Part shown: in pieces, positions 26,747-36,986 of the stretch
Layout of the letters: each line of letters starts with the position of its first letter
Numbering within the stretch: the stretch's first letter is position 1
Virus record (IMG/VR): IMGVR_UViG_3300025892_000010
DNA length: 64,000 nt
Strand: one strand, 5' to 3'
DNA from: a virus
The notes under the pieces: model-generated
The model's database searches: none
What the model was told of the DNA's origin: nothing
Seen by the model: the letters and a program-made list of their open reading frames with translations, nothing else
Program-made: the position numbers and the translations under genes

Positions 26747-27063
26747 TATTTACCTATTTGACTTTCTGCTTGTAAATTTAAAGCAACATCAATGTCTGAT
26801 TCTTCTTTCATCCAAGAATCATCAGTATTTACTGCTGAAGCTTCAACTTTTTCTATTTCATTAAAATAACACCAATGTGTACCTGTGTCGCCTGTATAAG
26901 TTATAGCGCCAACATAGTTCAAATCTGTGTCATAAGTTTTAGCGTTAAGTGAATTGTCACTCTCGGCTGCTATATCGGTTTTTTCTGTTGCGATACCGAT
27001 ATTGATGATTGTACCACTTCTTCCGTGATTACATTCAACATAATCGCCTACATTTATTATCAT
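26746..27063 (-). CDS. hypothetical protein (SH3/KOW-like start)
   Basis: INVGDYV...GRSGTI; GGAG RBS. Confidence 0.6.
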   Translation of the reverse strand: MIINVGDYVECNHGRSGTIINIGIATEKTDIAAESDNSLNAKTYDTDLNYVGAITYTGDTGTHWCYFNEIEKVEASAVNTDDSWMKEESDIDVALNLQAESQIGK

Positions 27064-27611
27064 TAGTGTATCTCCTTAAATAAATATTCTTTGTCATAAC
27101 TCAAACCTAGATTATAACAAATATAACCTACGTCTTTCTCATTCTCTAAATCTTCGGCAGTTAGAATCCAATTGATTGCTTGTTTTCTAGTTTCAGCACC
27201 AAGTTCCATATTCTTCTTTACTTGATTTTCAAACTTTTTATAAGCCTCATCTTTAGCATTATTCTCTCTTTCAATCTCTTCATCAGCCCAAACACCATAA
27301 GATTTCATTTCTTTTTGAAACTTCTCATCTGACCAGTATTTTGATTCTGCAATCACCGTTCTTGCATAAGATTTTGATGTTGCTATTGAAACAACTTCGT
27401 ATAGTGTTTGTTCATCTAAATATCTTGTCAATTGTTTAACGGTATAAACGCCATACTCTCTCCAATGAGCAGGATCCTCTACTAACATACCAATAAAACA
27501 ATTAGGTGTTTCTAACATTTCTTTTTTAGAAGCTTCATTCATAGATTTGATATGAGCAACTAAATCTAGTTCGTCTTGTCTTGTTTGGTTATATTGAGCA
27601 GGTGTTATCAT
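27063..27611 (-). CDS. hypothetical early protein
   Basis: HWREYGVYT..QL..Y; GAETR..AI.W; YICYNLGL. Confidence 0.7.
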   Translation of the reverse strand: MITPAQYNQTRQDELDLVAHIKSMNEASKKEMLETPNCFIGMLVEDPAHWREYGVYTVKQLTRYLDEQTLYEVVSIATSKSYARTVIAESKYWSDEKFQKEMKSYGVWADEEIERENNAKDEAYKKFENQVKKNMELGAETRKQAINWILTAEDLENEKDVGYICYNLGLSYDKEYLFKEIH

Positions 27612-27805
27612 TAAGCATTCTCCAATTCGTTGGCAATTACTTCATCAACGTTGTCACTATCAATTCCAACCATATTCAGATTGTCAATGTCTAGTATATC
27701 TTTAATTGCTGAAGATTTTGTAATCAAGTTGTTTTTTAGATTAACAATAATCTTGTCAACTTGGTTTTCAACAGATGTCTCAATGTATTGTTTATATTTA
27801 CTCAT
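27611..27805 (-). CDS. hypothetical early protein
   Basis: AAAGGACAAACACACT leader. Confidence 0.6.
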   Translation of the reverse strand: MSKYKQYIETSVENQVDKIIVNLKNNLITKSSAIKDILDIDNLNMVGIDSDNVDEVIANELENA

Positions 27806-27923
27806 AGTGTGTTTGTCCTTTTGTTAGTGTTAATAATATAGTATCATACAAATCAAGTAAAGTCAAGCAGTTTTTTTTCTTGGCTTCTTTAATTCTTTCT
27901 TTTAATGTTTTCTTCTTTATCAT
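27798..27923 (-). CDS. small basic hypothetical protein (leaderless)
   Basis: MIKKKTLKERIKEAKKKNCLTLLDLYDTILLTLTKGQTHYE; 8 nt after a -10 element. Confidence 0.4.
   Translation of the reverse strand: MIKKKTLKERIKEAKKKNCLTLLDLYDTILLTLTKGQTHYE
27838..27866 (-). promoter_or_regulatory. early sigma70 promoter
   Basis: TTGACT-17-TACTAT with extended TG; upstream A-tract. Confidence 0.75.
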
Positions 27924-27931
27924 ATACACAT

Positions 27932-27990
27932 ATCCTATCATACCTGGCCTATAAAGCAAGCACTTTTTTCACTTTTTTTAAATTTTTTTT
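27932..27990 (-). promoter_or_regulatory. early sigma70 promoter with A-tract UP element
   Basis: Phased A-tracts, AAAAAAAGTGCTTGCTT-16-TAGGAT with TG. Confidence 0.65.
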
Positions 27991-28036
27991 ATGAGACCAG
28001 GTAAGGGTTACCGAGGTTGTATGTTCTGGTTATGTT

Positions 28037-28711
28037 CTATTTCCAGTTGTCCAGCACCCAATCAACGTCTGATTCGTGTGGATTAGGGTTTCCGTGAAAC
28101 ACGGCCACCAACGATTCGCTATCTTTTTCAAACGTCCAATCGTTCTTATGAAATCTTGGCTCTTTTCTAGTAAACCACTTATATGAGAAAGACCACTCAT
28201 TTGGCATATATTTTAATTCGGGGTGATTCTTCATAAATTCATAGGTCACATTCTGGTCACCTTGATATTTACGCCATCTTGGTCTGTCTTCGTAATACCT
28301 ATCCCACACAGCCGGTGTCATAGTTATATTATTAAATTTCATAATAGAAGAATTAATACCAGTTGTACCTGTGAAGTCGTGCAATGCACCAAAGGTGTCC
28401 GTAAAACCAAATTTTGCCATCTTATCAATATTTTTTAGGATGACCACATCCAGGTCCATATAAAGATTTTCACCAATTAGACCACTTTCAGGATGAAATA
28501 GTTGTAGTTTGTTCCACCAACCTTGTTCATCATCAAGTGGAAACTTTCTATACTCTATATCACCTTTTACTATTCTATGTAATGAAGTGTTGTCCGTAAA
28601 GCAAATAAATTTGTGGTCTATCGTTAGATGTCGGTTGACCATATTGTACAATTTCTGTACATATTCTGGTCTGTATTTGTTTCCATAATAAACGCATACG
28701 AAATTCATCAC
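28037..28711 (-). CDS. glycosyltransferase (GT-A, GT8-like)
   Basis: YGNKY..EYV..LYNMV.RHL, WWNKL, YMDLDVVI, NSSIM, GDQ, FHG.PNP. Confidence 0.8.
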   Translation of the reverse strand: MMNFVCVYYGNKYRPEYVQKLYNMVNRHLTIDHKFICFTDNTSLHRIVKGDIEYRKFPLDDEQGWWNKLQLFHPESGLIGENLYMDLDVVILKNIDKMAKFGFTDTFGALHDFTGTTGINSSIMKFNNITMTPAVWDRYYEDRPRWRKYQGDQNVTYEFMKNHPELKYMPNEWSFSYKWFTRKEPRFHKNDWTFEKDSESLVAVFHGNPNPHESDVDWVLDNWK

Positions 28712-29328
28712 TACATCTTTTTAAAGTTAAATGCTACAGATATTCTTTTCTTTGTTTCATTTAGATTTGGTAATACACCGTGAGTTAAGAAACTAGGAAA
28801 TAAATACATAACACCTGCCTCTGCTTTACAAGTACAATGTATATTGGTTCTAGGGTGGTTGTTTTTATCTTTTATATGTTCGTCCCAATATGCCTCTAAT
28901 TCTGTAGCAGCTGGACTAGTAAACATTATATCGCCAGATTTTTCTGGTGTTTGTATATAATATACACCTGAAAATATACAACCTGCGTGTCTATGGTCTT
29001 GGTTGTAATCTTTATAACCATTTATATTAAACCATAAGTTATCTAATATGACTTTAGGTAAACCTAAATTACTTGCAAACTCATCAGCTTGTTCTTGTAA
29101 AAATGCATACAAAGGTTTTAATCTTTTATGATATTCAAGGTCAATATCTTTTGATTGAAAACCACCCTCGTTAGATACTAAACGACCTTTAGGGTTTTGT
29201 GTATTTAATCTACCCTCATTGTCTTTACAAAAATCTAAAATGTAATTAGCTAAAACATCATTATCTAAAATAGATTTTGACACCTTTACAGGTGTTGTAA
29301 ACATATCAAATTCACCAGTTTGTATCAT
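28711..29328 (-). CDS. 2OG-Fe(II) oxygenase (TIGR02466-like)
   Basis: SNEGGFQS, WFNIN, H.H, SGVYY, FPSFL.H.V, RISVAFN. Confidence 0.85.
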   Translation of the reverse strand: MIQTGEFDMFTTPVKVSKSILDNDVLANYILDFCKDNEGRLNTQNPKGRLVSNEGGFQSKDIDLEYHKRLKPLYAFLQEQADEFASNLGLPKVILDNLWFNINGYKDYNQDHRHAGCIFSGVYYIQTPEKSGDIMFTSPAATELEAYWDEHIKDKNNHPRTNIHCTCKAEAGVMYLFPSFLTHGVLPNLNETKKRISVAFNFKKM

Positions 29329-30194
29329 TATTTTACTTGTTCCTGTATTTGATTTGGTTTTAATAAATTGTTTGGTTGTGCCATTAACATTTCATAAGCC
29401 GTACCATCAGCAATCTCTTTTAATTTAAACTGATTATCAACTACCATTTTCAACCATTCATTTACCGTTTTATGACCAGGTCTTAAAGGTTTAATTACTT
29501 TACTAATATGTTGGCCTGCAATAAAACTTACAATGTTTCTTTTGTGTGCAAAGACAGGTGTTCTATTTAAAATAGCGTCAACAGCTGATAATGACATATT
29601 AGTTATTAATGCTTGACAACCTTGTAAGTCAACTTTAATATCTGTATTCCACCATTGGTTTCCAGGTCTTGGTTTCTGTCTTACTTTAATTGGCATATTT
29701 TCAAACTCTGTATCTTTGGTCATATTTGTAATTTGTGTTGTCGCCATTTCAATCCATTTTTCTACTGAACAACCATTAATATGAAAAGTTACCGTTGGTG
29801 ATGATGGTGCTAATAAGAAGTGTGTCATCTTACCAGTATCCCAACCTTTAAATTGAACATCAATGCCTTCGTGTTCTAATTGACTTATTCTTTTACCGTC
29901 ACCTATTTTACCTCTGATAGTATGTAAATTACCTTTACAAATTCTAATATAGAATCTGTCCCAATCTACAATAGGTTCTGGATATCTTGTAAAAGGAGCA
30001 TTTAAATAACCTACATCAACATACCACCATTCTTTATCAAGATGTACACACTCTCTAATTAATTCTGTATTTTTACCACCTAAACCCCAAAAGAAGTGTA
30101 TCTCGTGGTCTGCGTCTTGCCAACCTTTTTCAATTGCTGGCCAAATCTTATGAGATAAACATTTATCCCAACTCATTTTATGCGTTATAATCAT
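29328..30194 (-). CDS. capsule-polysaccharide (KpsC/KpsS-like) transferase
   Basis: FWG, YVDVGY, LLAPSS, VRQKP, S.SAVDAIL..PVF, QF...EI..G. Confidence 0.6.
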   Translation of the reverse strand: MIITHKMSWDKCLSHKIWPAIEKGWQDADHEIHFFWGLGGKNTELIRECVHLDKEWWYVDVGYLNAPFTRYPEPIVDWDRFYIRICKGNLHTIRGKIGDGKRISQLEHEGIDVQFKGWDTGKMTHFLLAPSSPTVTFHINGCSVEKWIEMATTQITNMTKDTEFENMPIKVRQKPRPGNQWWNTDIKVDLQGCQALITNMSLSAVDAILNRTPVFAHKRNIVSFIAGQHISKVIKPLRPGHKTVNEWLKMVVDNQFKLKEIADGTAYEMLMAQPNNLLKPNQIQEQVK

Positions 30195-31185
30195 TTAATA
30201 ATCTCCTATGAACATCACCGTTATTAATCTCTTCTTGTTTCCATTGTGTATAAGCACAATCATATAGCCATTGTGTTCTATCAAATTTACAATTGATAGT
30301 CTTATTTCTTATTACTTCTAAACTATGATAACTAACTGGCCAAGCGTGTGATGATTTTGATAATGCCACCGTTGGTATACCCTCACAAACACTTTCTACT
30401 AGAGCATTGCTTGAATATGATACTACAACTCTTGCACCATCTAAATCTTTTTGAAATCCACTACCACCATTTGTTTCATTAAAATCATCATAGTTATTAC
30501 TATATATAATTTTGTTTTTGATACCTGCTTCTCTAAATCTTGTAAAGAAACCACCTTTTTGACCACCCTCTGGTTTTATATTACCATACTTACTTAAAAA
30601 TCTAGGATGAAATCTTACTTTAATTGGCTCATCTGTATAACCACTTATGTCTCTCATTACCCAATACAAATAATTTAAATAATTCCAACTTATACCCTCA
30701 CCTTTTGTATATCTAATTAATTTATCTTTCATTTCAGGTGTGTACAAATCGTTTAAACTTGTATCAGTAGGGTTTTGTAAACATAATAATATATAATTGC
30801 CTTTATTTCTCCAAGGTTTTATATCAATGTTTTGTTCTTTTTGTATCATCTGCCATCTATCAGCTGGTGAATTATGATTTTTAAATATACCTTTATCGTA
30901 TGTGTAATCATTTAAACCAACTCTATAATAATAATTAGGGTCACCTACTTTTATGCCTCTTCTAAATGTAGCGCCTTCTAAAACTATTAATGGTTTTTTA
31001 GTGTCTGAAATATATTTGTATTGGTCTTTATAGTCTTTAAAATAACCTTTAACACCTGTTGTGATATATGCCTTAGCGTGTTCAAGATGTTTACGGTCTT
31101 CAAACTTGGCATACTTGTAAATTTCGTGTGTAGGAAATTTAAAGAAATCGCCCTCTCTAAATGCACCCCAAAAACCGACTATCAT
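30178..31185 (-). CDS. capsule-polysaccharide (KpsC/KpsS-like) transferase
   Basis: LLCLQ.P.D.S, VRFHP, YSSNALVESV.EGIP, AYTQW..EEI..G. Confidence 0.65.
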   Translation of the reverse strand: MIVGFWGAFREGDFFKFPTHEIYKYAKFEDRKHLEHAKAYITTGVKGYFKDYKDQYKYISDTKKPLIVLEGATFRRGIKVGDPNYYYRVGLNDYTYDKGIFKNHNSPADRWQMIQKEQNIDIKPWRNKGNYILLCLQNPTDTSLNDLYTPEMKDKLIRYTKGEGISWNYLNYLYWVMRDISGYTDEPIKVRFHPRFLSKYGNIKPEGGQKGGFFTRFREAGIKNKIIYSNNYDDFNETNGGSGFQKDLDGARVVVSYSSNALVESVCEGIPTVALSKSSHAWPVSYHSLEVIRNKTINCKFDRTQWLYDCAYTQWKQEEINNGDVHRRLLNDYNA

Positions 31186-32000
31186 TGCAACCTCTTAACT
31201 GCCTCGTAGGCAACACCATTTTTAAACTCTTCTAAATTAAACTGACAACTTAATAAACTATCTATCCACAAATCTATAAGTTCTTTGTCTGCATAAAAAG
31301 GGTTTTCTATATGTTCTAACTTTTCACTAACAGGATATGATTGAGATACACCATTACAAAATACAGGCACACCAGCTAATACTGCTTCAATAGCAGCTGT
31401 TGATTGCATTGAAACTAAAGCGTGACAGCCTTCAAGTTGTTTAGTTAAAGGTTGTGTTTCATTCTTTTTTCTAACTATTATTTGTCTATCTGTAAATCTT
31501 CTTAACTCTGCAAGTGTTTCATCAATCCACATTTGTTCATCTATATGATATAATCTACATATCGCTGGTGTTGGTGGACAAACTAATATGTGTGTGCCAA
31601 ACTTCCAACCATTAAATGTTATTGGTTTATATTTTTGAATTCTTTTTTTATCTTTATTTGTAAGTTCTACTATTTTATTAAGTTGCATTTGATTTTTTAC
31701 AACTCTATATAACTGACCATATTTACCTGGCATATAGTCTCTAGTAGGATAAAAGTATGCGTGGTCCATATAATAAAATTCGTGGTTTCTTTTCTGACAT
31801 TCCCATATAACTTTTTCTGAACCTCTTAATGTACCAACAACTGCAATAGGATTAGTAGTCCACTTTTGCCAATCAAACATAGGCCAACTACCAACTTCAA
31901 AAGCAGGTATTTTTTCTCTGCTATTTTTATGTCTTATTTGGCTAAATGCATAGATAAATCTATCTTTAGCACCTGCGTTTGTACAAAATCCTTCTATCAT
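31182..32000 (-). CDS. capsule-polysaccharide (KpsC/KpsS-like) transferase
   Basis: YMDHAYF, ILVCPP, IIVRKK, STAAIEAVLAGVPVF, QF.LEE...G. Confidence 0.65.
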   Translation of the reverse strand: MIEGFCTNAGAKDRFIYAFSQIRHKNSREKIPAFEVGSWPMFDWQKWTTNPIAVVGTLRGSEKVIWECQKRNHEFYYMDHAYFYPTRDYMPGKYGQLYRVVKNQMQLNKIVELTNKDKKRIQKYKPITFNGWKFGTHILVCPPTPAICRLYHIDEQMWIDETLAELRRFTDRQIIVRKKNETQPLTKQLEGCHALVSMQSTAAIEAVLAGVPVFCNGVSQSYPVSEKLEHIENPFYADKELIDLWIDSLLSCQFNLEEFKNGVAYEAVKRLQ

Positions 32001-32671
32001 TCTATATCACAACATTCATCATATAATTTTAACCATTCTTTTGAGTAATCACAATCTCTATATTCATTAAACCAAGGTCCACCCTCTGTAAAGTGAATAT
32101 TTTTTACATCTTTTTTATACTCATACTCACCTGCTAACCAGTTCCACTCTAATGGTAATTCACCAATTAAATTATCATCTGACAACCATTTAAATTGATG
32201 TAGTTGTAAACCTGTGGCTGTATTAACATAATCTGGTGTCAATGATGTACACTTATCACAATTCATAAGCATAAAACTAGACCAATTCTTTTTAGGATAT
32301 TTTGTTTGTACTTGACCTAAAAATTTTGTTTCTGTTCTAGGTATATAATCGTGTTTACAAACTTGAACGGCATATTTCTCATCACGTAATCGCCATAATT
32401 CAGCAATATCACCGACCATTAATTGGTCACAATCCATAAAAACTGCCCAGCCTTTATAGTTTGTAAGATGAGGTACAATAAATCTACTAAAACTAAATTC
32501 AGTTGATTCTATATTACTTCTTTCTCTTGTAAAGTTATCTTTTATGTTAGGTAAATATACTGGTGTAATAGATACAGGTCTTGTACTATTTTTTAATATA
32601 CTATAAGCAAGAACATTAAACGCCACTTTTTCTTTACTATCATAACCGATAAAAACTTTAATCATATGCAA
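31997..32671 (-). CDS. glycosyltransferase (GT8/CDI-like)
   Basis: VFIGYD, STEFSFSRF.VP, FMDCD, VCKHDY, YPKKNWSS, HFTEGGPWF. Confidence 0.85.
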   Translation of the reverse strand: MHMIKVFIGYDSKEKVAFNVLAYSILKNSTRPVSITPVYLPNIKDNFTRERSNIESTEFSFSRFIVPHLTNYKGWAVFMDCDQLMVGDIAELWRLRDEKYAVQVCKHDYIPRTETKFLGQVQTKYPKKNWSSFMLMNCDKCTSLTPDYVNTATGLQLHQFKWLSDDNLIGELPLEWNWLAGEYEYKKDVKNIHFTEGGPWFNEYRDCDYSKEWLKLYDECCDIE

Positions 32672-33146
32672 TAATACCCATAACTGGTGTTTTAGTTTCT
32701 AAATCGTGTATCTCATCTAACTTCATTCTATACCATTTACCTGGTTCAGGTTTAAATTTAAACTTACACAATTCAGCTTCTTTATCCTGTACTCTTCTTG
32801 TTTCATTAATACGTTCATTTTCAAACCATTGGTTCCAAAAACGCCATTGATTATCTTCAAACTTAACAGGATAAAAAAGTATTTCTTGTATTCTATTGTC
32901 TACAAACTTATCTGTATCTTGACCAATATAATAGAAAAACTTTTCCTTTTCTGGTAATAGTGTCATTCTCAATTCATTCTTTAACCATTCTCTTAATTCA
33001 TCTGATACCTTATGATAACTAAATTCTTCTCTGTATTTTTCGTAAATACCATCTATTGGTTTTTCTTTTACTACATCAAAGTCTTCTATCAGTTCTTCAG
33101 GTACAGGTTTTATGTTTTCTTCTTGTACATATGAATTGTATATCAT
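32658..33146 (-). CDS. hypothetical protein
   Basis: Coupled ORF in the glycosylation island. Confidence 0.55.
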   Translation of the reverse strand: MIYNSYVQEENIKPVPEELIEDFDVVKEKPIDGIYEKYREEFSYHKVSDELREWLKNELRMTLLPEKEKFFYYIGQDTDKFVDNRIQEILFYPVKFEDNQWRFWNQWFENERINETRRVQDKEAELCKFKFKPEPGKWYRMKLDEIHDLETKTPVMGIIAYD

Positions 33147-33859
33147 ACTCTAGCCTCCGGACTTTTCATTAACTTCTTTCTTTTAGGACCTTTTATATGG
33201 TCATAAACTGGTCCTAATATTGACCTTGCTTGAACGTGTCCTACTTTACCGTCACCAATGTCTTTGTTTATAACACCATTTTTTTCAAATCTTTTTCTTA
33301 CTAAATCCCATATATAACTATCGTGTTGTTCTTTTTCTTTATATATTAAATCTTCATTATACATCTTTTGCATTTCAATGCCATAGTTTACCACTTCAGG
33401 ATGTTTCATATTAAAATATAAAAAACCACATTCACTATAATGATTGCCTCTACCTAGATAACTCATCATAGCATTATCACTATGTATATGTTTTTTAATA
33501 AAATCTTCATCTATCATTTTGTAGAATATACTATCTGCGTCTATACAAATTAAACCATCATAGTCTTCATTGGTTATAATTTCATTTGTATAAGCATATA
33601 CTTTATAACTAAATCTAACACCATCATTGATATAACCAGCAGGTGTATCTGCAACAGGTCTTTGTTTGTTTCTATTAACAAACTCCTCGCATTGTGGTAT
33701 TTCATCAAACGTACTTTTAGGAATTAAGTTAGTATGTGGTATATCTAACATATCTTCACTATATACAATCAAGTTAAATGGCCAGTTATAAGTTTCAAAA
33801 AACTTATGACCATATTGTTTGTATAACTTTTTGTTTAATGTGGTAACTACTGCAATCAT
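33143..33859 (-). CDS. glycosyltransferase (GT-A)
   Basis: VRFSYKVYA, IDAD, YLGR...SECGF, HDSYIWD, DHIKG.RK. Confidence 0.75.
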   Translation of the reverse strand: MIAVVTTLNKKLYKQYGHKFFETYNWPFNLIVYSEDMLDIPHTNLIPKSTFDEIPQCEEFVNRNKQRPVADTPAGYINDGVRFSYKVYAYTNEIITNEDYDGLICIDADSIFYKMIDEDFIKKHIHSDNAMMSYLGRGNHYSECGFLYFNMKHPEVVNYGIEMQKMYNEDLIYKEKEQHDSYIWDLVRKRFEKNGVINKDIGDGKVGHVQARSILGPVYDHIKGPKRKKLMKSPEARV

Positions 33860-34551
33860 TTTGTAAATACGGTTTCTTTTCTCAAATTACCTCTACGGTG
33901 ATATTTAATTGATAACATAATACTTGCTACATCTTCAGCATATTCTTTTTCTCTATCGTTTCTTAATGGTAGTTCTAATACTACAACTGAATCATTCTTT
34001 GCCATCAGCTCTAAACCACCTAATACTATTTCTTTTTCGTGTTCTTGACAATCTACTTTAATAAAATCCACATTCTGGTCAAACTTATTAACATAATCAT
34101 CTAACACAACAACGTCTGTTGTGAGTTTCTTTAATGCACTTTCTTTTAATGTTCTTTTAGAATTACCATATTGTACACCGTGAGATAATAGACTTACGTT
34201 ACCACTTTCATCTGGACTTTGAAATAGAGTTGCACCTTTTTGGTGTTTGTTAGATAAGGCAACTTCTTCTAATTGCCAATTAGTATGGCCTTCCATATTC
34301 TTTTTATAACATTCTATATTATCTGGATGTGGTTCAAATGCAACTACCTTTTCAAACTTTAATGATAAGTCTTTAGACCAAAAACCAATATTACCACCTA
34401 TGTCTAACGCTAGACCTAACTTCTTACAAAATGATGTTGAGAAATCTCTTTGTTCTTTTTGATATTGAAAATTACCATTATGGTCTTGATGTAAATGGTC
34501 TTTGTAATGTGTGTCCCATTCAGGTAACCACCACGTTTTTTCTAGTTTCAC
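33856..34551 (-). CDS. FkbM-family SAM methyltransferase
   Basis: LDIGGNIG.W, AFEP, LDD, DFIKVDCQ.HE. Confidence 0.85.
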   Translation of the reverse strand: MKLEKTWWLPEWDTHYKDHLHQDHNGNFQYQKEQRDFSTSFCKKLGLALDIGGNIGFWSKDLSLKFEKVVAFEPHPDNIECYKKNMEGHTNWQLEEVALSNKHQKGATLFQSPDESGNVSLLSHGVQYGNSKRTLKESALKKLTTDVVVLDDYVNKFDQNVDFIKVDCQEHEKEIVLGGLELMAKNDSVVVLELPLRNDREKEYAEDVASIMLSIKYHRRGNLRKETVFTK

Positions 34552-35096
34552 TTTTCACTTCCTACTTTTTGTATAAAATAACTATCTGCAATATCTGATA
34601 ATGGATTGCCTGCTTTATCAGTATCAAATATTTTTTTCAAGTCAATTTTAGTTTCTTTTATAAATGCATTTAACATCATATCTTTGTCTGCGTTACCTTT
34701 TCCTGTTGCACCTTTTTTAACAACACTCGGTACAACGGTATCGTAAGGTATATTTTCTTCTTGTAATCTATATTTGAGTATGCCACAATTTTCAGCGATT
34801 TGAAAAAGGCCTTGACCTTTTGAACCATAAGAGTAACCCTCAATATAAACCATAGGCTCAAGTAATGGTTCAATAATGTCCAATGCAAAATCTGAAATGT
34901 ATTTGAATCTTTGAATAGGGTCAGTCCATTCTTTATGTTCATAACCAATAATTTCCTCACTCATCATACCAATATGTTTCTTTTTATTTGTCAAATAGAA
35001 AAACATTAAACTACCATTATCAATACAAATGGCAGGACTTGTTAAACTATAATCAATTCCAACTATCGTCTTCGGCTTTTTCAAAATCTGTGTCAT
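34548..35096 (-). CDS. RuvC-like Holliday junction resolvase
   Basis: GIDYSLTSP, YIEGYSY, IAEN.G.LK, P..VKK.ATGKGNADK, DIADSY. Confidence 0.8.
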   Translation of the reverse strand: MTQILKKPKTIVGIDYSLTSPAICIDNGSLMFFYLTNKKKHIGMMSEEIIGYEHKEWTDPIQRFKYISDFALDIIEPLLEPMVYIEGYSYGSKGQGLFQIAENCGILKYRLQEENIPYDTVVPSVVKKGATGKGNADKDMMLNAFIKETKIDLKKIFDTDKAGNPLSDIADSYFIQKVGSEK

Positions 35097-35226
35097 CAAT
35101 TTCCTCAACTTCCCATCCACAAAAAGGACAAGTAAGAGGTTCTAAATCTTGAACCTCTGTATCCCATTCTATGGTATATTTAGTCTCGCAATTTGAACAC
35201 GTTTTTTTAGCTTTTTCTAATGACAT
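35053..35226 (-). CDS. small zinc-ribbon protein
   Basis: MSLEKAKKTCSNCETKY...TCPFCG with acidic tail; TAATG coupling to nrdB. Confidence 0.7.
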   Translation of the reverse strand: MSLEKAKKTCSNCETKYTIEWDTEVQDLEPLTCPFCGWEVEEIDDTDFEKAEDDSWN

Positions 35227-36329
35227 TATAGTTTGAATTTCTTAAATTGGTCTTTCTTAACATCTTGTTTAATACCACCGATTACATAACTTTCAATTTC
35301 TGTTTCCTGTGGAGCATTTTGTGTTGAACGACTATTTAACCAATGTTCTACCCACGGAAGTGGATTTGCTTTCTGTTCGTATCTTGGCTCTAGGCCTATG
35401 CCTTTCATTCTTCGGTTCGCCATATACTCTACAAATTGGTGTAATAGTTTTTCTGATAAACCAATCATACTTCCTTTGGAAAATAGATAAGTTGCCCAAC
35501 GTTTTTCCTCCTGTACAGCCTCATCATACATTTTATAAACTTCTTTTTCAGTATCTTTAATAACCTTATTCATAACTTTGTCATTTTCGTGGTCTCTATA
35601 ATTATTAATAATTCTTTGAGACATTGCTAAGTGTTGTGATTCATCACGAGCAATAAATGAAATAATTTTAGCAGAGCCTTCTAGTAATTTTAATTCACCA
35701 AATGCAAACGAACAAGCAAACGATACATAAAATCTTAAACCCTCTAATATATTTACCGTTACCAATGCTTTCCATAATTTACTCTTTAGTGTATATTCAT
35801 CTACTGACTTTTTATCTAAATGCCATTTATAACCTGAATCAATCAAGTCATCATAAGTTTCAGTAATAGTCTTTGCTCTTCTCTGTATTTTCTCATCACC
35901 AATAATAGTGTCAAACACATCACTAGGTTGTGAGTATAAATTCTTTATAATGTAGGTATAACTTCTACTATGAATAGTCTCTATGAAATCCCAGGTAACA
36001 ATACAGCCTTCTATCTCCGGTAAAGATACAAATGGTAAAAATGCAAGACACGGACCTCTGCCTTGTACAGAGTCTAACATTGTCTGATACTTTAGATTAG
36101 CAGTAAATATAAACTTTTGCTGTTCATTAAGTTCAGCATAATCGTTTCTATCTTTCTGTAAAGATACTTCTTCTGGTCTCCAAAAATAGCCTAGTTGTTG
36201 TTGGTTAAGTTTATCAAATATAGGATATTTCATATCACTATATTGTTGTACTTGTAAATCTTCACCAAAAAACATAGGTTGTTTTGTGAAATCTAAATTA
36301 TTCTCTGTATTAAAAACGCTTCTTCCCAT
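35226..36329 (-). CDS. nrdB: ribonucleotide reductase class Ia beta subunit
   Basis: FWRPEEV, DSVQGR, ETIHSRSY, EGLRFYVSF, RDESQH, APQETE. Confidence 0.97.
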   Translation of the reverse strand: MGRSVFNTENNLDFTKQPMFFGEDLQVQQYSDMKYPIFDKLNQQQLGYFWRPEEVSLQKDRNDYAELNEQQKFIFTANLKYQTMLDSVQGRGPCLAFLPFVSLPEIEGCIVTWDFIETIHSRSYTYIIKNLYSQPSDVFDTIIGDEKIQRRAKTITETYDDLIDSGYKWHLDKKSVDEYTLKSKLWKALVTVNILEGLRFYVSFACSFAFGELKLLEGSAKIISFIARDESQHLAMSQRIINNYRDHENDKVMNKVIKDTEKEVYKMYDEAVQEEKRWATYLFSKGSMIGLSEKLLHQFVEYMANRRMKGIGLEPRYEQKANPLPWVEHWLNSRSTQNAPQETEIESYVIGGIKQDVKKDQFKKFKL

Positions 36330-36973
36330 TATTCCTTATTCTCCTTTAGTTCATAAAAAAACTTATCGTCATCACCTGCTGTCCATTTTTGTTCTCCCTC
36401 TACACTATACTCCTTGGTGGACACTTTGAAGTCGGGAAACTTCAACTCGCTTGGAGTATAACTCTTATCATAAAATATTACTCTATTATTAGGTTGAGCG
36501 GCAAAATGGCCATTCTCTAACTTTAGAATATTAAAACTCTTATGTTGACTTGGTACTTCGCTATAGGTCACATTCCTCTCCAAGTTCGTAGAGTTCGCAT
36601 TATCAATTGTAAACATATACCAACCTTTGTACCATTTTCTATTTGGCGACAAATACTTACATTGGTTGCCAGATAGCATTTGTTTTTCAACGATTGCAAT
36701 ATCATAACTGAAACAATCCCATAGCTGTAATTCTGTTAACGGTATACTTTCTTTTATATCTTTTTTCCATACAAACGCACTAATCGGTAATTTATCGTAT
36801 AAGGCACCATACTCTGGTATATAAGTTTCAAAGTATAAAGCTCTGCCTTGAATAGACTTTGCCGATACCCAAACGCCTTCAACTAATTCACCGTGTCCTT
36901 TTTCATTATTATATAGATACTCTTTCTTAACATACACATCAATATGAGGTGTATTGACACACAAATATGCCAT
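36329..36973 (-). CDS. conserved hypothetical protein between nrdA and nrdB
   Basis: GALYDKLPISAF, LQLWDCFSY, HKS.N, AAQPNNR; no homing-endonuclease motif. Confidence 0.75.
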   Translation of the reverse strand: MAYLCVNTPHIDVYVKKEYLYNNEKGHGELVEGVWVSAKSIQGRALYFETYIPEYGALYDKLPISAFVWKKDIKESIPLTELQLWDCFSYDIAIVEKQMLSGNQCKYLSPNRKWYKGWYMFTIDNANSTNLERNVTYSEVPSQHKSFNILKLENGHFAAQPNNRVIFYDKSYTPSELKFPDFKVSTKEYSVEGEQKWTAGDDDKFFYELKENKE

Positions 36974-36986
36974 AAGTTACCTTTCT

